DNA of 63,163 nucleotides, counting the filler, from Asterionella formosa (taxonomy: Eukaryota): NCBI GenBank assembly GCA_002256025.1. It is 20 parts of 20 records of this genome, joined end to end, with 100 filler letters (N's around TTAATTAATTAA, not from the genome) between each part and the next. Parts side by side here need not be neighbours in the genome. Positions count along the whole stretch, not along the records: positions 43,528 to 63,163 come from NKIB01003598.1; 19 more parts are not named here. One strand, 5' to 3'. This document shows positions 61,684-63,163 of the stretch, in pieces. Each line of letters starts with the position of its first letter. Position 1 is the stretch's first letter. The notes under the pieces are model-generated. The model saw nothing but the letters and a program-made list of their open reading frames with translations. It searched no databases and was not told the origin of the DNA. The translations under genes and the position numbers were made by a program.

Positions 61684-62204
61684 GTTGATGATGATGATGA
61701 TGAAATATTATCCATCCCTCTTAGTGAGATCAATCGTGAAGAATCGAGTGCGAGACGTGCTCGGCGCTCGTGGTTCAAGAATTCGTCCTCTTTCTGCCAG
61801 GTGTCACGCGTAGTCGTGTTTTCTGACCTGATCGAAGGCTGTCGTGAAAGAGAACAGCAGAGATAGGCGTCGTCGCCTTGCTGGTGCTGCTGCTTGTAAT
61901 GCTGGGCGTTGCTGGTGTCAACGTTGTGAGAAGTTTCTGTTGTCAGTTGTGAAGTGCGTGGATGAGTTCCCTTTTGGGCTTCTCGAAACGGGATTCCCGC
62001 GGAGTCTTCTGGAACGAAGTGTCTTGCTGGTATTCGAAAAGCTCCGAAGTTCAACATGTCCTGGTGCAGAGCGGCCTGACCGTGAAAACAGCTGCCGGTA
62101 GACGCATCGGCTGTAGAGTCTCCAACTTCAGCTCGTCGAGGGGAGAATGATTGCAGCGCCATTGAGTCAACGCTGATGTCAATGTTCGCTCGAACTCCTG
62201 ACAT
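59094..62204 (-). CDS. Tandem CCCH zinc-finger RNA-binding protein (Unkempt/TZF-like), about 1036 aa
   Basis: FRTTWCAKRYDHDHSLCGFAH..WLRRDP, CGRGVDCQFCHSREEMLYHPDHYK..C and CILGDICPYFH. Long low-complexity N-terminus. First ATG is 62204, with an in-frame stop shortly upstream of the GTG at 62237. Confidence 0.88.
61652..61702 (-). repeat. Coding microsatellites (TCA)n and (CAA)n giving poly-Ser and poly-Gln
   Basis: TTG and TGA triplet runs on the plus strand within the zinc-finger ORF. Confidence 0.95.
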
Positions 62205-62878
62205 TTCCTCGTCAGCGAGCTCCGTAGTAGCTACCACGAGCAGGCAGTACTTCTACACGAATTTCCGTTGAGACGAGCACTCACGAATGAACGAGTCAAC
62301 TCCTTGCAATTACTTCGGGTCGAATAGAGTATATTAATGCCTCTCACAAGAATCGTCGACAAAACAATTGATTCGACGAATCGTTGCACTGATTGGGTCT
62401 CAATATCTTCGATCAGTGAATTGCGGTTGGTTCTTTCCTTGCCTTGTCGACATTCGGAGATTCAAAGATAACTACCAGTATCTCGGAGCCTGTACAGTCA
62501 ACGAAACAATATTTGGTGGTTGGCGAGAATGGGTGGGAACGACAGCGTACACGCAAGCTATTTTCTCTACATACAGGCACATAATACAAACAAGTGCCAA
62601 ATGTTCAATTGAAACCGCGTGACATTATACCCATATATACCGGTATATATATATTATGCAGCATAGAAAATGCCACATGGAATACTGGTTGACAACCACA
62701 TCTGAGGTACCTGGTACCTGGTACCTGGTACTAATCATCGTGCATGACCAAATGTCCACCGAAGGACTATACATATACCGGTATACATATATATTCTTCA
62801 GAAACAAAATTATCAAGGCTCACAAATCGACATCATAGAAAAGCCATATTTCTATGTACAAACATTGCTGGACTTCGA

Positions 62879-62905
62879 TTAAGGTTGCTGCATTTGAACC
62901 CCTAG
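62879..62905 (+). mobile_element. TTAA-flanked terminus (Kolobok-like), shared with 22341-22367
   Basis: TTAA-GGTTGCTGCATTTGAACCCCTAG matches the reverse complement of 22341-22367. Confidence 0.55.
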
Positions 62906-63163
62906 CTCGAGGTAGGGTTTTGTAAAATAATATTGAGTCAGACTAATCAAACACATACTCTCCACATACAAATCAAATATGTTTAACGCTCAATGGAGCT
63001 TTCACCAATACACACCCTTTCCATATGCTTACATACAGTCTTCGGACAAAGTAGGGATGTAGGTCCACTCTATATATTGTCAGCATATAGGATCTGGTCA
63101 GAAACTGCAGAAAGGATCTTCGGTTTTTTAACCTTGCTAAAAAGAATCGAAAATTCGGGGGAA

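Overview
This window is not contiguous genome. It is 20 assembly contigs joined by an artificial 100-bp linker (N44-TTAATTAATTAA-N44): eighteen of about 1.22 kb and two of about 19.6 kb (21139-40787 and 43528-63163). The source is a eukaryote, most likely a diatom, judged from GT-AG introns, a signal peptide plus 'TAAF' plastid-targeting motif, a PGRL1 fragment, CoDi-type Copia elements and Ambal-like LINEs. Host genes: TAF2 (3 exons), a GMC oxidoreductase, a tandem-CCCH zinc-finger protein, an F-box-like protein, a small secreted Cys/His-rich protein, a Crinkler-like header+NTPase gene (assembled twice) and several gene fragments. Most of the rest is decayed mobile DNA: Copia, Gypsy, LINEs, Plavaka/CACTA-like, pogo-like, a probable CryptonS-like recombinase, MITEs and dispersed repeats. 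The most notable signal is a process that expands TA dinucleotides into short palindromes (TA to TACTA, TAGCTA, TACCGGTA or TACC[A/T]GGTA). Six individual events can be read against homologous copies, reading frames or family motifs in the window. Repeated events appear to build the GGTACC[A/T] palindromic arrays in intergenic DNA. A TA-flanked MITE with CCTG...CAGG ends and a pogo-like transposase remnant are candidate agents. All family assignments come from motif recognition by eye, not database searches.
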